Assembly (NCBI RefSeq): GCF_006345805.1
Contig: NC_042999.1
Span: 128,092,001 to 128,156,000 of the forward strand
Direction: 5' to 3'
DNA length: 64,000 nt
From: Octopus sinensis
Taxonomy: Eukaryota
The position numbers and the translations under genes are program-made. The notes beneath the pieces were generated by a model. That model saw only the letters and a list, made by a program, of their open reading frames with translations, had not been told where the DNA came from and did not search any database. Shown one piece after another: positions 26,801 through 42,100 of the stretch. Each line of letters opens with the position of its first letter. The first letter of the stretch is position 1.

Positions 26801-28034
26801 TGGAATATATACCACAATGTATTTTGTCCAACACCATAAAAGTTTAATTCTTTAGCATTCAGATTACACGGTCAAATGCAATGCTTCTCTATTTCCATTG
26901 TTTTGCATTATCTCATAGTTTCAAGATTTCGATGAGATGATTATTTATTCTTAGAATGACGTTGTAGGGTAGGTGTGAGAGGCTGGATCTGGTCATTTTG
27001 CATATAAAACAGGTAGAATATTTGGGCCAGATATGGCTTGTTTAAATGCTAAAGAGTTAATAGCATAAGTATATAATTTGATTTTTTTTATTTATGCACC
27101 CTTTTCAAGCCTAGCCAGGCTCATGGGCCCAGTTTCCTGGTTTCTGTGGTGTATGTGTTCCCCCCAGCTGGATGGGACGCCAGTCCATCGCAGCGTTACC
27201 CAAGAAACAGGAAGAAAGAGTGAGAGAAAGTTGGGGCAAAAGAGTACAACAGGGGTTGCCACCACCCCCTGCCGGAGCCTCATGGAGCTTTAGGTGTTTT
27301 CACTCAATAAACACACACAACACCTGGTCTGGGGATCGAAACTGCGAGTTTGCTGCCCTAACCACTGGGCCATTGTGCCTCCACTCCGCTACTCAAACCA
27401 CTGGGCCATTGTGCCTCCATATATATCAAATATAATTTGATATGTATTAATAATTCATATGGCTGTTATGTTCTTTCAAATTAGGATGTAATTCACTTCA
27501 AATTGTATCTGTTTACTGTAATAATAAATTGAAGGCTATTATTTTCTTGACTATTTAATTTTTGAGTGAATATTTATGATTATAATTGTTTCCATTAATT
27601 TGATTTTCAATAGTCATTGTATGCTTTATATATAACTAGCAGAGATACCAGGCCTTGCTCGGAATTAAATTGGCATAGTTTTTTTGTTGTTTTACTTGTT
27701 TCAGTCATGTGACTGCAGCCATGCTGGAGCACTACCTTTGGTAAAAAAAATCGACCACAGGATTTATTCTTTGTAAGCCTAGTACTTATTCTGTCAGTGC
27801 CTTTTACCGAACTGTTAAGTTATGGGAATGTAAACACAGCAACATGGGTTGTCAAGCAATGGTGGGGAGTACAAATAGACCGACAGACAGACAGACACAC
27901 AGCCACACACACACACACATATACATATATATATATGCACATATATATACATACATACATATACACACACACATATATACATGCATATATATATACGCAT
28001 ATATATATACATACATATATATACATATACTTAC

Positions 28035-28089
<55 letters not shown>

Positions 28090-29260
28090 TAAATAAAAAC
28101 ACATATATATATACACACATAAATATATATATATATACAGTAAATGAAATATAAGGATGGTCTTCACCTCTTGTATCTATAAATACATATTGAAAGTAAT
28201 TGAAATTGGAACCATATAATAGTGAAAGTATTAATAGAGATGTTATTGTTTCATTTTTGATGTGTAATGCGGAAACAGTGTAAGAGATAAGTGATTGCTC
28301 TGGGGTCGCATTAGGCAAGAAGTTGAAATTTTTTGGGGCCCATGACACTGTATGGACTCTAGGTAAGGCATATGTAAAATTTGAATGAAATCCATTGGGT
28401 AGTTCTTGAGTTCAGTTTTATATATAGATTATATAAAATTATGATCTTAACATTAAATTACCTCAAAGATTTGTATGTTTGACATTAAACTCATAGAATT
28501 TTAACTGAGTGTATATTGACCTCCTTGAAATATTGTTGCTGAAAGGTAGGTGGAGTAAATGTAGAAAGATGTTGTCCTTGTGAACATAAACCATAAATAG
28601 TTGTACATTTCTTGACATTTCAGTGTATATTTATGATAAAATATGAATTAATTCCTTTTCTCTAGATTCAAAACAGCCAATGTCAAAACCTGGTCAGGGA
28701 TCAACCAAATCAATATCCTCCTGCGACAGAGAAGGGCCAGTGGAATATTGTAACTGTAAGTTCCAGTTTGATTTTTATCAGGGATATAAAAGAATGAACC
28801 AGCGAGGTATTTACACTACAATAACATTAGTAGCTGAAGGCTTAAGATACATACTTACGTCAGTATGGATAATCTTGGATTTTCAAAAAAAAGAAATCAA
28901 CCAACTGATTAGCACATTACAAATACAATCTGTAAGCAGAACTGTAAAACTATGCAAAACCTTTCTCAGGTTTAAAATGTGACATTGTTTTTGTTATCTA
29001 CATTCCAAAAACAGAAAAGAATGTCATCATACATACATACAAAATGTGACCGCGTGTGTATTGTTAGCGATTTTTTTCCTCTGTCTTCCCTTCCTTGGAT
29101 CTTTCCTTTTCCTATGTTTCTGACGAAGAGCTCTGCTCAAAACATTAAATTCTCCTTCTTTCTTTTCCTGAGTGTCCAATAACACTATACTTGTTCCACA
29201 TCCTCGCATTATTGTGTTTTCTCTTTGTGTTTTCATGTTTGGATTAACTATACATACATA

Positions 29261-29310
<50 letters not shown>

Positions 29311-32300
29311 TACTCTCACATATGTACAGTATCTATAATAAAAATCAAGTAAAGTTGGCATCAGGAAGAACATCTGGTTGTAGAATAAAGCCTCAAGAAT
29401 ACATATTACTGAGGTATGGTTTTAAGCTGGATGCCTTTCCTGCTGCTAGATCTTATCTTTTAGGTAAGGGATTTTTTCAACTCTCTAGTACCTTCCACCC
29501 TCTTTCTATTACTTCTATCACTACATTTACCTATGTCTCCCCAATCTTGACCTGTTTACTCTCACTGTACTCTTCTTACTTCTTCTCCACCACCCCAGCA
29601 CCTTCTCATCTCTCCATCTGTGGTCTACCTCTATGACCCCCAAATCCCACCTTCCCTTAAATGACTTTCTTAGGATAACTTGCCACCATCTATTTTACTC
29701 TTTCATGTTCCTTTCCTCTCATGCCTTCCACTTCATACTTGCCCTTATAATTTGGGCTAGCTCTGGACACCCCTATGCAACCCACCCCATCACCTTTATC
29801 CCTCTTTCTCTCCATGGAGGCATGTGGCTTAGTGGTTAGGGTGGACTCATGATTGTAAGATTGTGGTTTTGATTCCTCGACCAGGTGATATGTTGTGTTC
29901 TTGAGCAAAACACTTCATTTCACATTGCTCCAGTCCACTCAGCTGGCAAACATGAGTAATCCTGTGATGGACTGGCATCTTGTCCAGGTAGGGAATTTAT
30001 ATGTCATGGAAACCAGGAAACCAGCTCTTATGAGTTGGCATGACTCAAGAAGGTAACCTATCCTCTCTCACTATAACTTGATTCTAATCCCTTTATCTTA
30101 TTTCTTACATTCTCTCATTTTACAGCATCTACACTGTTATTCTCTCGACAACCACACTCTCATAACTATAAATACATTCTTCTCATCAGACTCTCATCTC
30201 TCTTGTCATCTTGCTTAAAATCATCAGATTTTCCCTTCTGTTGTAGGGTGCCTTTTAGGCTCTTTAGTCCTGCAGATTGCAAGGCCATTTCACTGGTGCT
30301 GATGCTATGAAAAAGTACTGAGTATACTGTAAAATGGTTGGCATTAGGCGGAACATCCGCCTGCAGAAATCATAAAACAGAGATATTCGGGCATGACATG
30401 GTCTTCTGATGATTCTTGTCAAACTATCCAGCTCATGCCAAAATTGAAAGTGGATATAAAATGATGATGATACATACATATATACGTATGTATGTATGTG
30501 TGTGTGTGTGTGCATGCGTGTGCGTGTGTGTGCGTGTGTGTGTGTGTGTATGCATGTATGTATGCACATGCATTTATACATACACACATGCATGTGCACA
30601 CACACACACGCACATACACACACAGATGTACAAACATTATTTTTTAACTATAACTCCAACTGAAATGGTAAAATTTTTTGTTTTATTGTTTTTGTTTTTT
30701 AGTTAAATTTGGAATCTGGCATGAATGTCCTCTTTTGGAAAGCTTTTAGTTTGCCATCAAATGAGAATGATGAAACTGTAATGAGACCAGTTCTAATAAG
30801 GAAGATTCAAGTGGAAGGTGAACACATTTTCATTCATGTATTTAAACCAATTGTATGTACTGTCCAATCATATTTCATCACTTATTGAACCCCCAGCTTC
30901 TGATATCTGGTAGCAAGTTAACATTAGAGTAAAGTTAATTTTCATTTTTTTTTTCTTAAATCCTGTTAAATCCGAGTTTACGTATTTAGGTAGTAAGATA
31001 ACGTTTTCAGGCGGCACCGTTGAAGATATTAAGATGAGAATAAGTAAAGGAAGGACTGCTTTTCACCAGTTAAAGAAAATATGGAATGCAAGTGTAATTT
31101 CAATAAAGAACAAATTAAGAATTTTTAACACTAACGTAAAAGAGGTGTTATTGTATGGGGCTGAGACATGGCTAACAACAGTTAAGTCAAATAAGCAAAT
31201 ACAATCATTCATCAACAGATGCTTGCGTAGTATACTTAAAATTAGAAGGCCCAAACACATTAGCAATATGGAGCTATGGGAAAGAACAAATGAAGTTTCG
31301 ATTAGGGAGCAAATATTTAAGAAAAAGTGGAAGTGGATTGGTAGCACAATTAGAAAAGACACACCAAATGTAGTGAAAAGTGCTTTACAGTGGAAACCAG
31401 ATGGATATAGAAGGAGAGGTAGGCCTAAGAACTCATGGCAGAGATCAACACAAAAGGAACTAGAGAAAGGGGGACATTCATGGCAGAGCATAAGTACAGA
31501 AGCCAAAATTTATGTGACATGGAATTCAACTATAAGTGGCTTATACTCCGGGTTGGAGGGTTAAAGGCATAAAGAAGAAAGAAATCCTGTTGATCAGTAT
31601 TCCTCATAAGAAGGGAGGCCTCTGAGGATTAAAATGGAGGTGGAAAAATTGTTGTTTAATAAAGTTAAGGTGATTTCCAATTTTTTTTTAACTCCTCAAG
31701 CACTATAGGAAAGAAAGAAAAATTATAAATTGCAAAATCTGTTTTGTCATCTGATTAAAAAAAGAAAAAAAAGAGGGATTAGTTACATTGGTTACCAAAA
31801 TATTTTACTGATATTTTAGTGGGCCCTAGGCCTGGTATTTGTCTGCTTGAGAACCATTGCACTTCATCCCTCACCATCATCCCTCATGTCAGACCACAGC
31901 TTACTCAACACTTGATCCTCCTGGTCTTAGCATTTCCTTTAGTGAAGTCTGCTCTGTTGCAAGCATTCAAGAGCTATGTCTGAGTATAACTTTCTTTTTA
32001 CCTTCCACCTGTCATTAAAGGCTAAACCAGTGGTTTTCAACCATTTTCCCCCTATGGACTCATTTGGTTCCTATTTTACTCAGGTGGACCCTCGTAGCCA
32101 TTTGGTGTTTAAAAGATTATATTTTTATATTTTGATATTAAAAATTGTATGAATAAATTGTTAAAATACTTTGTGTATTGTAAAAGTATATGCAATTTAT
32201 AGCTTTTGATAGCAAACTATTATATGGACCCACATGAACGATGTGGACCTCAGTTGAGAACCACTGGGCTTAAACCCTTACATGTACTGTGAAGCATGAC

Positions 32301-32595
32301 ATGTATCCAAAATTCAAGTTCAGTAGTAAGTCCCACATTCTACTCTTATATGCATTGTAGTACAAATGTGAGATATAAAACCAAAGGATAGGCCAGTATG
32401 CAGAATACAACCTATTTTATATATATCTATCTTATATATATATGTAAATATATATAAGATTTCGGCTGATTAATCTTGAGATTGCTCCAATCTGACCAGC
32501 ATTAGATTCCTTGGAAAAAAGCATCGAATGTATCCAAAAGCAAGAACGGAAAAACAGACGATGTTACACGAATATAAATACAAAAATACAATAAA

Positions 32596-32627
<32 letters not shown>

Positions 32628-32708
32628 GACATAACAGGTGTCTTTCAACTGGGGATGAATTGAATTCAGCTGGCATGTGTGGAAATGCAGCCTTACGGCA
32701 GAGATACA

Positions 32709-32778
<70 letters not shown>

Positions 32779-32797
32779 TACATATGTATGTATATTG

Positions 32798-32829
<32 letters not shown>

Positions 32830-33068
32830 TACATATGTATGTATATTTGTATATATATATATATATATTTATGTATTTATACATATATAAATTCGTCTGT
32901 CTTTACGTTCTGAGTTCAAATTCACTAAGGTCAACCTTGCCTTTCATCCTTTCAGGGTCAATAAATTAAGTACCAGTCAAGTATTGGAGTTGATGTGATT
33001 GACATCCCTTCCCCAAAATTTCAGGCCTTGTGCCTACAGTAGAAAGTAGTATTAATATTCCATATCTA

Positions 33069-33107
<39 letters not shown>

Positions 33108-36100
33108 TTAAGTAAACCTGATGCTACCTACACAGATATATTATTTCTCTATACTTTTATATAACAGAAATAATTGTCAGTTTATAATGGAAGAAATAAA
33201 TTTTTATTATAATTGTAATAATAATATCAGTAAATAATTGTTTTCATTATTAGGGGTAGCATTTTCTTCTGAATGTACCAAATGTCGTAATGGCACCTAT
33301 AGTGATACGATTGGATCATCGTACTGTAGACCGTGCCCAGAGGACACCTATTCCGAGCGAGGAGCCACTAAATGCACGTCATGCGACAAAGTATCAGAAT
33401 ATTCACGTAAGTTGTTTTCATTAGCCAGTAATGAGGATTTTATTATAGCTGCCTGTCTGTTATGTGTGTTAGAGGAAGTTAATGTATGTGTGTGTGTGTG
33501 TGTGTGCATATAGGCATATATGTATGTAGGTAAATATTTAGATGTGTATATACATAAATGTATATGCATATGTATGTTTGTGGGTTTGTATATATCTCTA
33601 TATAGGTGTGTGTGTGTTGTGTATAATATATGTAAATTACTTGAGCCATAAATATTTTCTATTTTTTCTTTTTTTATAAGTCTAAGTCCTTTGGCTATTG
33701 GAGAGAAGTCAGACGATTGTCATGCTAAGATAGCTATAGAGCCAGAAGCATGTCCATGACTGTCATGTTACATGCAGACAATAATCCTGTCCTATCCTTA
33801 ACAGCATGTCTATTTTGGAAAAGGCAATTATGATACATCCTCTAGAGGTGGAAATCATTATCATCATCATCATCATTGTTTAGCATCTGCTTTCCATGCT
33901 GGCCTGGGTTCAACAGTCTGACTGGAACTCGTAAGCTGGAGAGCTGTACCTGGTTCCAGTCTGATTTGGCCTGGTTTCTATGGCTGGATGCCCTTCTTAA
34001 TGCCAACCACTCCAAGAGTGTAATGGGTGCTTTTTATGTGCCACTGGCATGGGTGCTTTTAATAGCCATCAGCATCAGTTGCATGTCACTGGCATTGGCC
34101 ATGACTACAGTTTCACTTGGCTTGATGAGTTTCCTCAAGTACAACATATCGTCAAAGTCTCAGTCACTTGTTATTGCCTCTGTGAGGCCCAATGTTTGAA
34201 GATCATGCTTCTCCACCACATCCCATGTCTTCCTGGGTCTACCTCTTCCACATGTTCCCTCTACAGTTAGAGATTGGCACTTCTTTATACAGCTGTTTTA
34301 ATAAATCAAGAACTCTACTGAGGTCAATAAATGAAATGCAAGTCCTGTCCTGGGTTAATTCTTCTCTTCTTTTCACTCTTTCCTTCTCTCTTCTGGAAGA
34401 TATCAGTTATCATCAGACCTGTTGAAACTTGAGCTTCCTGATCTAAAACTGCCAAAGTCATGTCATATGTCACAATACCCCTGTGATTCTGTTCAGGAGC
34501 TGAGGGCACGAAGCAAAGTAGATAAATGTGTGTTGTGTGTAAATATATTTATATTTTATATTTGTATGCTTTTATATAAAGATACATGGATATACCTATG
34601 TATAGAAGGACATATTGAAAGGATAGATATAGATGTTTTGATGTGACATCTTTGTGAGAGATCAAGATTATTTAAGCCAAGGCTAAATGCTTCTCTGTGA
34701 TTGTAATAATGATGACATACCTGTGCCAATAATGTTAAAAATCATTCCCACATTAATAATTTAAAATTGAGGTAATTGTATATTTATATTTTACAGCTCG
34801 TGAGTCTGGGAACTGTAGGAAAAAACAACATTGTCGTGAAATGGATTATTATGAATATCAAACACCTTGTAATAAAGAAGGCTTGGTAAGATAAATCTGG
34901 TGACTTGTTTGAAATAAATTTAATTTCAAAAATAGATAAGCACTGTTTTTTTTTTTCCCCTTCAGTTATCTTCTATATGTAACTTAATATCTACTTTTCC
35001 AGTGTTATAACTTGAATTTTAATGAAATGTAATTAGACATGAGATAAGAGCTGTGCAATAGTTTCAAATATTTATTTTCTAGAAGTTTCAAGTTTGTTTT
35101 ATTTTAACTTTATTTTTAAGAAGCTGTTAAAAACTAAAATAGTTTAAAGAAAAATTTATTAGTTGATAAAATGCTACTTTCTGGTTGTTTGAGTTGCTTT
35201 TACAGGGAAAGTAATGACTGAAATATTTCTGCTTGATACTCCTGTTGCTTAATATAATATTCAGTCAATAGACCTGAATTCATCTTATTTATTGATTTAT
35301 TTATTTTTGCTAATTGTGTTTTAACAAATATAAAGAGTGGTAGGTAACTTTCTCGATACTATGTCTAATCTTAAATAATCAATATTATAATCCCTAATAT
35401 TCACAAAATGTGTATGTGAAGTTGTAATGATATAGATTTGGTTTTAATCTCATTCAAATTTTAAGAAATAGTAAAATAAAATATTCTTCAAAAATATTGT
35501 ATAATCTTAACATTGCAAAAGCAAAATATTTTATAAATGTTACTTTTGATTTTAGTAATGAATATATCTGTATGCAATATAAGATATTATACAGTATTTT
35601 AAGTACCAGTTTGATATTAGATATACACAGCAATTTCATGTATCTTTAGCCTATAATTGTCTGCAATTTCTTTCTGAAGTTGTTTAGTCATAACAATATA
35701 TTGATTCTATAAATTACTTTCAATTTATTTTAGACACAAACAAAATACAGCTGGATGGTGCCAATGCGTTGCCGTACAGATTTACCCAATGCAACACAAC
35801 TACCTCCCCCGAGTAAGGTTGAGAAGTGTCCTCAATGTAACCCTGGAATGATGAGTGTTCCTGGTTCTGGTTGCAAATTCTGTGCAAGTGATGAATATTC
35901 AGATGGGGCATCACCTTGTCAAAAGTGTCCAGTTTCTACATCCCCACAAATGGGTTACACATATAAATGGTGGTATACCATGCCCCCAAACATAACCTCT
36001 CACTGTCTTAATTTAGAAGGTAAGCTTTTTATTTATTTATGAACTGAAAAAAAAAACCCAATGAATACTACAAAACAACAACACTAAGAGCTAAAATATC

Positions 36101-39100
36101 TTGCCACCCAAATCTTGCCATTCATCAAATTCAAATGTGCACAGCTAATAATAATAATACCCATGTATTTATTCTTCTTTTCTTCCTGTCACATATACAG
36201 TTTAGGGGATGCAATAGGGAATGGTAATTTCTGGCTTACTGAAAGTAGGAGAGGAAATCACAGCGAAGATGGTATTTTGAATTAAGCATAGCCTGAATTT
36301 ATTTTGTGAAAAAAATTTTTCCTTTTTTCATATTAGAATAAAAAAAAGTTTCCCATGAAAAGAGTCTGTGGCCTGGTTTTTGTTTCCTAGTTGAAAATAA
36401 TTTTAAATCAGATAGTGTTATTTTAGTTCTGGAGAGGAATAATAGAGTGCAAAGCTCAAATGTATGACTGTGTGATTAAGAAGTTCATTTGATAATCATG
36501 TGGTTCTGGATTTGATCCCCCCATGGGATACAATAATCAAATATTTTTTTACCATTGCTGCAGGTTAATCAGTACTATAAGAATGGAATTTGTTTGGGAG
36601 AAATTGAATGGAAGCCCATCACATATATCTATCACTATCTGTCTATCTGTGTGCAAGTGCATGAATGTTTTACTAATACATATAACTATAATTAATATTG
36701 ATATCACTGTAATATATGAATATATAAAATAAACATTGGTGAACAAACTTATATCCTACTTTGAGCAAAAAAAACTGTATACTATTTCTTCTGCCTAATT
36801 TGCATTGACTCTACTATTTTCTCATCATAAAATGTAACAAACCTGTTATTAGCCTGTTAGAAATATGTAATCAACAACACTGTTCACAAAGAATATGATT
36901 AAAATATAAGTGTTTTGTATGGGATTTGGGAGGTAGGTGGGTGAAAGATTGCATCAATGGAGTGGAGGTTTGAAAAAAATGGGGTTTAGCAATCAAGTAA
37001 ACACACGTCCCAAAAACCTATCTAAGAATCATGACTCAGCAAAAATGCTAATAGTATCTCATGCTGTCAGTTTGTAGTATAGAGATTAAGGAAATGTTTT
37101 AGGGTCTTTTTTTTAAACAAGATTAAATATTTAAAATGACATTTTTTTGTGGGATGATTATGTAGGAATTTTCCATTCTTACATGTAAATAGACTCAAAT
37201 GCGTATGCATGAAGGTGAATATCTGTGTAGATGCATAAAGAAACAAGTTCACCACCACCAGCATCTTCATCATGTTGTTGTGGATGCCCAAACAGAAGTT
37301 CAATATTTCAAGATGAGTTGAAATGAGATTTGAAATTGTAACTGCTGGGGTGAACTTGATCACATAGACTATGTCTCAGGCAAGTTTGGTAAAGCAGTCT
37401 CTGTTCTGTTCAGAATATGGCACCATGTCAAAAGCATTTCCCTACTAGAATTCGCCATCTGTTTAACCCTTTAATATTTAAACCTGCCATATCAAGTCCA
37501 AATATTTTGTTTTATGCTCACACCAGCCAAATCTAGACTCTCACACCTCTCCTGAAATGTTAGTTTAAAAATAAACAATCACATCATTGAAATTTGGAAG
37601 CTATGTGATAATGCATGATTAATTCAAAACAACGTGAATAAATAAGTGTTACATTTGACAATCATCATCATCATCATCATCATTGTTTAACATCTGTCCT
37701 CCATGCTGATGTGTTGGATGGTTTAACTGGAGTTGGCCAACTAGAAAGCTGCTTGGGCTCTGTTTTGTTTGTCTTGGCATGGCTTCTATGGCTTAATGCC
37801 CTTACTAATGCAAACCACTTTATAGAGTGTACTGGGTGCTCTTAACGTGGCACTGGGATGGGTGCTTTTATGTGGCACTGGCATGGACGTTTTTTACATG
37901 GCACCGGCACAAGTGCTTTTAGGTATCACTGGTGCAAACACTTTTATGTGACACTAGCATCAGTACGTAAGGGTTCATTTTTTTTTTCTGTGGTTTTATT
38001 TTGTCCTCATGAGTTTTGAAGGCCTCTACTGTCTGCTATGGTTGATAATGTTCATTGTTTAATTTGAACTTTTGGGATAGTACTTGTGAAAATGTTGACA
38101 AAGAAGGAGTTCAGGAGTGCAATAGTTTTGAAGAGCAAGGATTGTGCTGAATTCAGTATAGTATATGGGAAGGTGAGTGATACATAGCATGAGTGATAAG
38201 AAGAATATACAGAGGGGAGTTGGATGGAATGGGATGGAGGTAGAAATGGTATGCAATTAACTAGATCAGAGGAGCAGAAACCATTGTGAAGGAGAAGAAA
38301 GAATAAAAGGTAACAAATGGTGTCTTTTTGAGCCAGTGGTTGCATAGCGTTAGTAGGTTTTTGATAATCAGTTAGATTGCCTTCCTTTGGCTATGGTCTT
38401 GGATATTTGTGCGTGTAACAACAGCACTGTCTTAGATAAGATAGATATAACTCTCATATAGGTTCTACTTGGGTTTTTTTGACACTCCACGACTGATCAG
38501 TGCTGAACTACTTTCTGACCCTAAAGAGAAAGTCTAATCTTTAGTACATTATTTTGGCAATGTTATATATATGATGTAGCCATGAAATATCATCGGAGAT
38601 TGTGAGATTTTGCATTTGTTGTTTGTTAGGGTACAGTTATTTTATTGTAAAAGATGATTGAAGATTTTATTCATGGAAATACTGTAAGGCTAGCAGAAGG
38701 TGTGGTAAATTAATGAGTTGTAAAAGGTGTTTTCATCTGCATTGGAGTGCCTGTATGGGTAGACACAGTAAATAGATGATTAGTTAATCAGATACTGTAA
38801 AGCTTAGAATTTGTAGCAGCTTTAAGAGTTTTACCTGTGTGTTGTCCATATTCATGAGAAGGAATGGTGTTGTTCAAGTTCTTTTTATTGATTGTATATA
38901 GTGATTGTGTCTTATTACTGATGAAGGGTGATAAAAAAAAATCTATGAACTTGTAAACCTCTTGACAAAAGAGATGTGTAGACACCCAACACTAACACAC
39001 TCACATGCACATATGTACATGAAGTGATAAGCACACATATAATGAAGGCGATCGATTTTCCTTAATTGTTATTCTTCTTTTGCAGAAACTGAATGTGTTA

Positions 39101-42100
39101 CAAATTCTAGTTGGATACCTGCTAAGAGTTACATTCATACGAAATATGGGCCTGGTGAACGAAGTTATCTCTTACTAGTCCTTGAAATACCTGGTTTCCG
39201 AGGAAATGAAGCTATTATCTTGGATAAAGGAGTAAAACTGGGCCAGTTGACATTTGTTTTTGAAACGAACTGTTCAAGTCAGTGTCAGTTCTACTTCATG
39301 GTGGTAATTTATCATGTTTTTTAAAATTCTTTATTTAGTGATAACTTTATCAATAACACTGTGTAACAAAATTTTAATTTCTTTTTGTCTTTGGTCAGTA
39401 AGTGTTATTTCCTATTTGCTTCTATCTAAAAATCATAGGAAATGGCTACTATTCCCTTCAAACTTTGGTTTTGTGACCTGGACATCAATGTTTTGAAACT
39501 GACCTGTTTTCCATTAAGTTTCAGACAGATTCAGTGCTGAGATGCTGAAGCAGAAATATCATTCTAGTAAATATTCTGCTCAGTATCACAGATTTGAGCA
39601 CATCCCTTAATGGCTGACAATATGTGCACCTCTGATCATGAGCAGAAGTAGTGTGGGAGCATCACAGCCATGTATTAAGAGGGATTCTTTGGGGTTTGAA
39701 TAAATGTAACAAAAGCAAAGTGTGAAGGAGATATTAGCCACTTTTCATACCTTATGGTGGGTAAGCAAGTAGGAAATAACAGTTGCTACCCAAGGACAAA
39801 AATCGTGTTACACTGTAATAAACATAAGACCAATTTTTATAGTCCTCTATGTTATCTAAATTGGAATAAACTGTTATGACTTGATGCTTAAATCTAATTT
39901 CTTAGTGTAAAATGTATAAGAAGTAACCACTTTATACAGAATACCTGTTTATCTTAGTTAGACTTCCCAGGTGATCTGATATCTATCACTGATGGCTCAG
40001 TGAATTGAGATGATGTCTTAAATTAAATTCACAACTAACATGCATGACAAAATACCAACAGTCAATTTGATCTCATGACCTACAAGCAAGTTACCCAATA
40101 AATAATGAACCTACTTGATTATTTCACTTACTGAAATTTATGCTATCAAGGGCAGTGAGCTGGCAGAATTGTTAGCACTCTGGACAAAATGCTTAGCAGC
40201 ATTTTGTCTGTCTTTATATTCTGAGTTCAAATTCTGCCATGATCAACTTTGCCTTTCATACTTTTGGGGTTGATAAAATAAGTACCAGTTTAGTACTGTA
40301 ATCGACAAACCCCCTCCCCTGACATTGATGGCCTTGTGCTAGAATTTGAAACTGATATTTATGCTATCAAACCTTTAAGGGATTAAAATATTAGTTGTCT
40401 TGAGCAGCATTTGAACTCACAACTTGTAGGCAGCAAAACAAAATAGTATTAGTGATTTAGTTTAATGTTTTACTATCAAAGTTGCAGCAGATAGGGGACC
40501 AAACTAGAGTGCTGGTAGTGGTGGGGAAATGCAACAGCTGATACCTGACCATAGGCAATGTGTTGTCTATAGTCAAGATATTTGAATGCCACTAGTCCTG
40601 TTGCCCAAGTACTATGGAAAAATAGAGTTCACTGCATTAAGGAATGAAAATATTCTGTAATTAACACGATTCATTAGCTTGTGTGTGTGTGTGTGTGTGT
40701 GTGTGCGTGCATGCGTGTGTGTATGTATATGTATATATCTGTTTGAATGTATATGTGTATATATGTGTTTATGTATACATATGTGTCATCATCATCATCA
40801 TTGTTTAACGTCCGCTTTCCATGCAGGCATGGGTTGTGAAGCAAGCTTCTTTTATGCATTATATTGGCCATAAAGGCTTTACATAGAAGGGAAGCTATGG
40901 GTTGGACATAGACATAATGTTATGAAATGACAAATGAAAATGATGATAAATGAGGCAACAAGCAACACCCACCGATTGCTGCTTACCTGAGAACATTGTT
41001 CTTTTATATTTTGTTCACGAGGCAATAAACCTCTTACATTTTTCACAATTCAATACCAAAATTCATTTATGAGGCAACAAACCTCTTACATTTTTCACAA
41101 TTCAGTAACAAAAATGAGGCACTACGCCTCTTACCTTTACTTTGAACTTTCGTGCCTGACCAAGCTCCTCGCCTCATTCAAGCACCTGGACGGTGCCAAG
41201 TCAGGCCACTTTAGCATAAATCTAAAAGTGTCCTTGGGGAAGGAATTCATCACCCTGCACAAATTGGTCTCCCATATGACCTCCGCAGCCACCTGCAAAG
41301 GCCAGTCAGGGTCCTCAGTGCAGGATAGAATCCCTTCCCTCCGGCCTTTCTTTTTATACTTCTAAACGACCCTCCCTTATGGAAGAGGATCACAAATTCC
41401 TCGTCCTTAACATGGGAAGAGCCTACAGTATCTCTCTTCAGTGGCACAACTCCCACCGAAGGTGCTTCGGGACATGCCGACAGTGTGTCACAAATTGCTG
41501 GCAGTGTCCCTTTTTTCTCTTTCTTCTTTTTTTTTTCTTTGAGCCATGGGAGGGTGGAGTTCTTCCATTTTGTCTGGAAGCTTCTTACCACAATATATTT
41601 TATATATTAGTTAAGTTAATGTGATCCTATTTAATGTATAGTGCATTAAATATTTAAGGATAGATTAAGAATCAATTCCTTTTTTTGGCTATCTGTTTTT
41701 AGTATTCTTTCAAAGAAAATCATCTGAACTGCATCACACAAACCTATTTTATATATTATATACAATACTGTTATAGGAGATCATCCCTAATTTCACTTGA
41801 CCCTGTTTTTTTAACTCCTTTAAAATTTATCGGATTTTCATTTTGTATCATTGAGTGCTTGCATTTAATAAAATACTGCGTATTTGTCTCCCCAAGTGGA
41901 CTACTTCACATGGTACTTAATGACGCTCATGATAAAATATCTTAAGTAATAACAATAATCTGACAAAAGGAAATCATTTGTCTAAAACAATTTATTTTCC
42001 AAATCTTTTTGTAACAGTAATGACTTGACACTGTTATTTTATTCAAATTTATTTTATTAACATCAGGAAGATAAAAATGTCAGAATTGGCTGAAGTGGGA

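Noticed and set aside
37200-37440. Weak resemblance to a Tc1 transposase DDE region (..VQNMAPCQK vs FQQDSAPCH)
   Set aside because: Too few matching residues across shifted frames, and no TIRs were found.
38912-38956. CTGATGA-aggg..atct-atGAAC-ttGTA motif
   Set aside because: It lacks GAAA, helix II is poor and there is no helix I pairing; at best a badly decayed PLE remnant.
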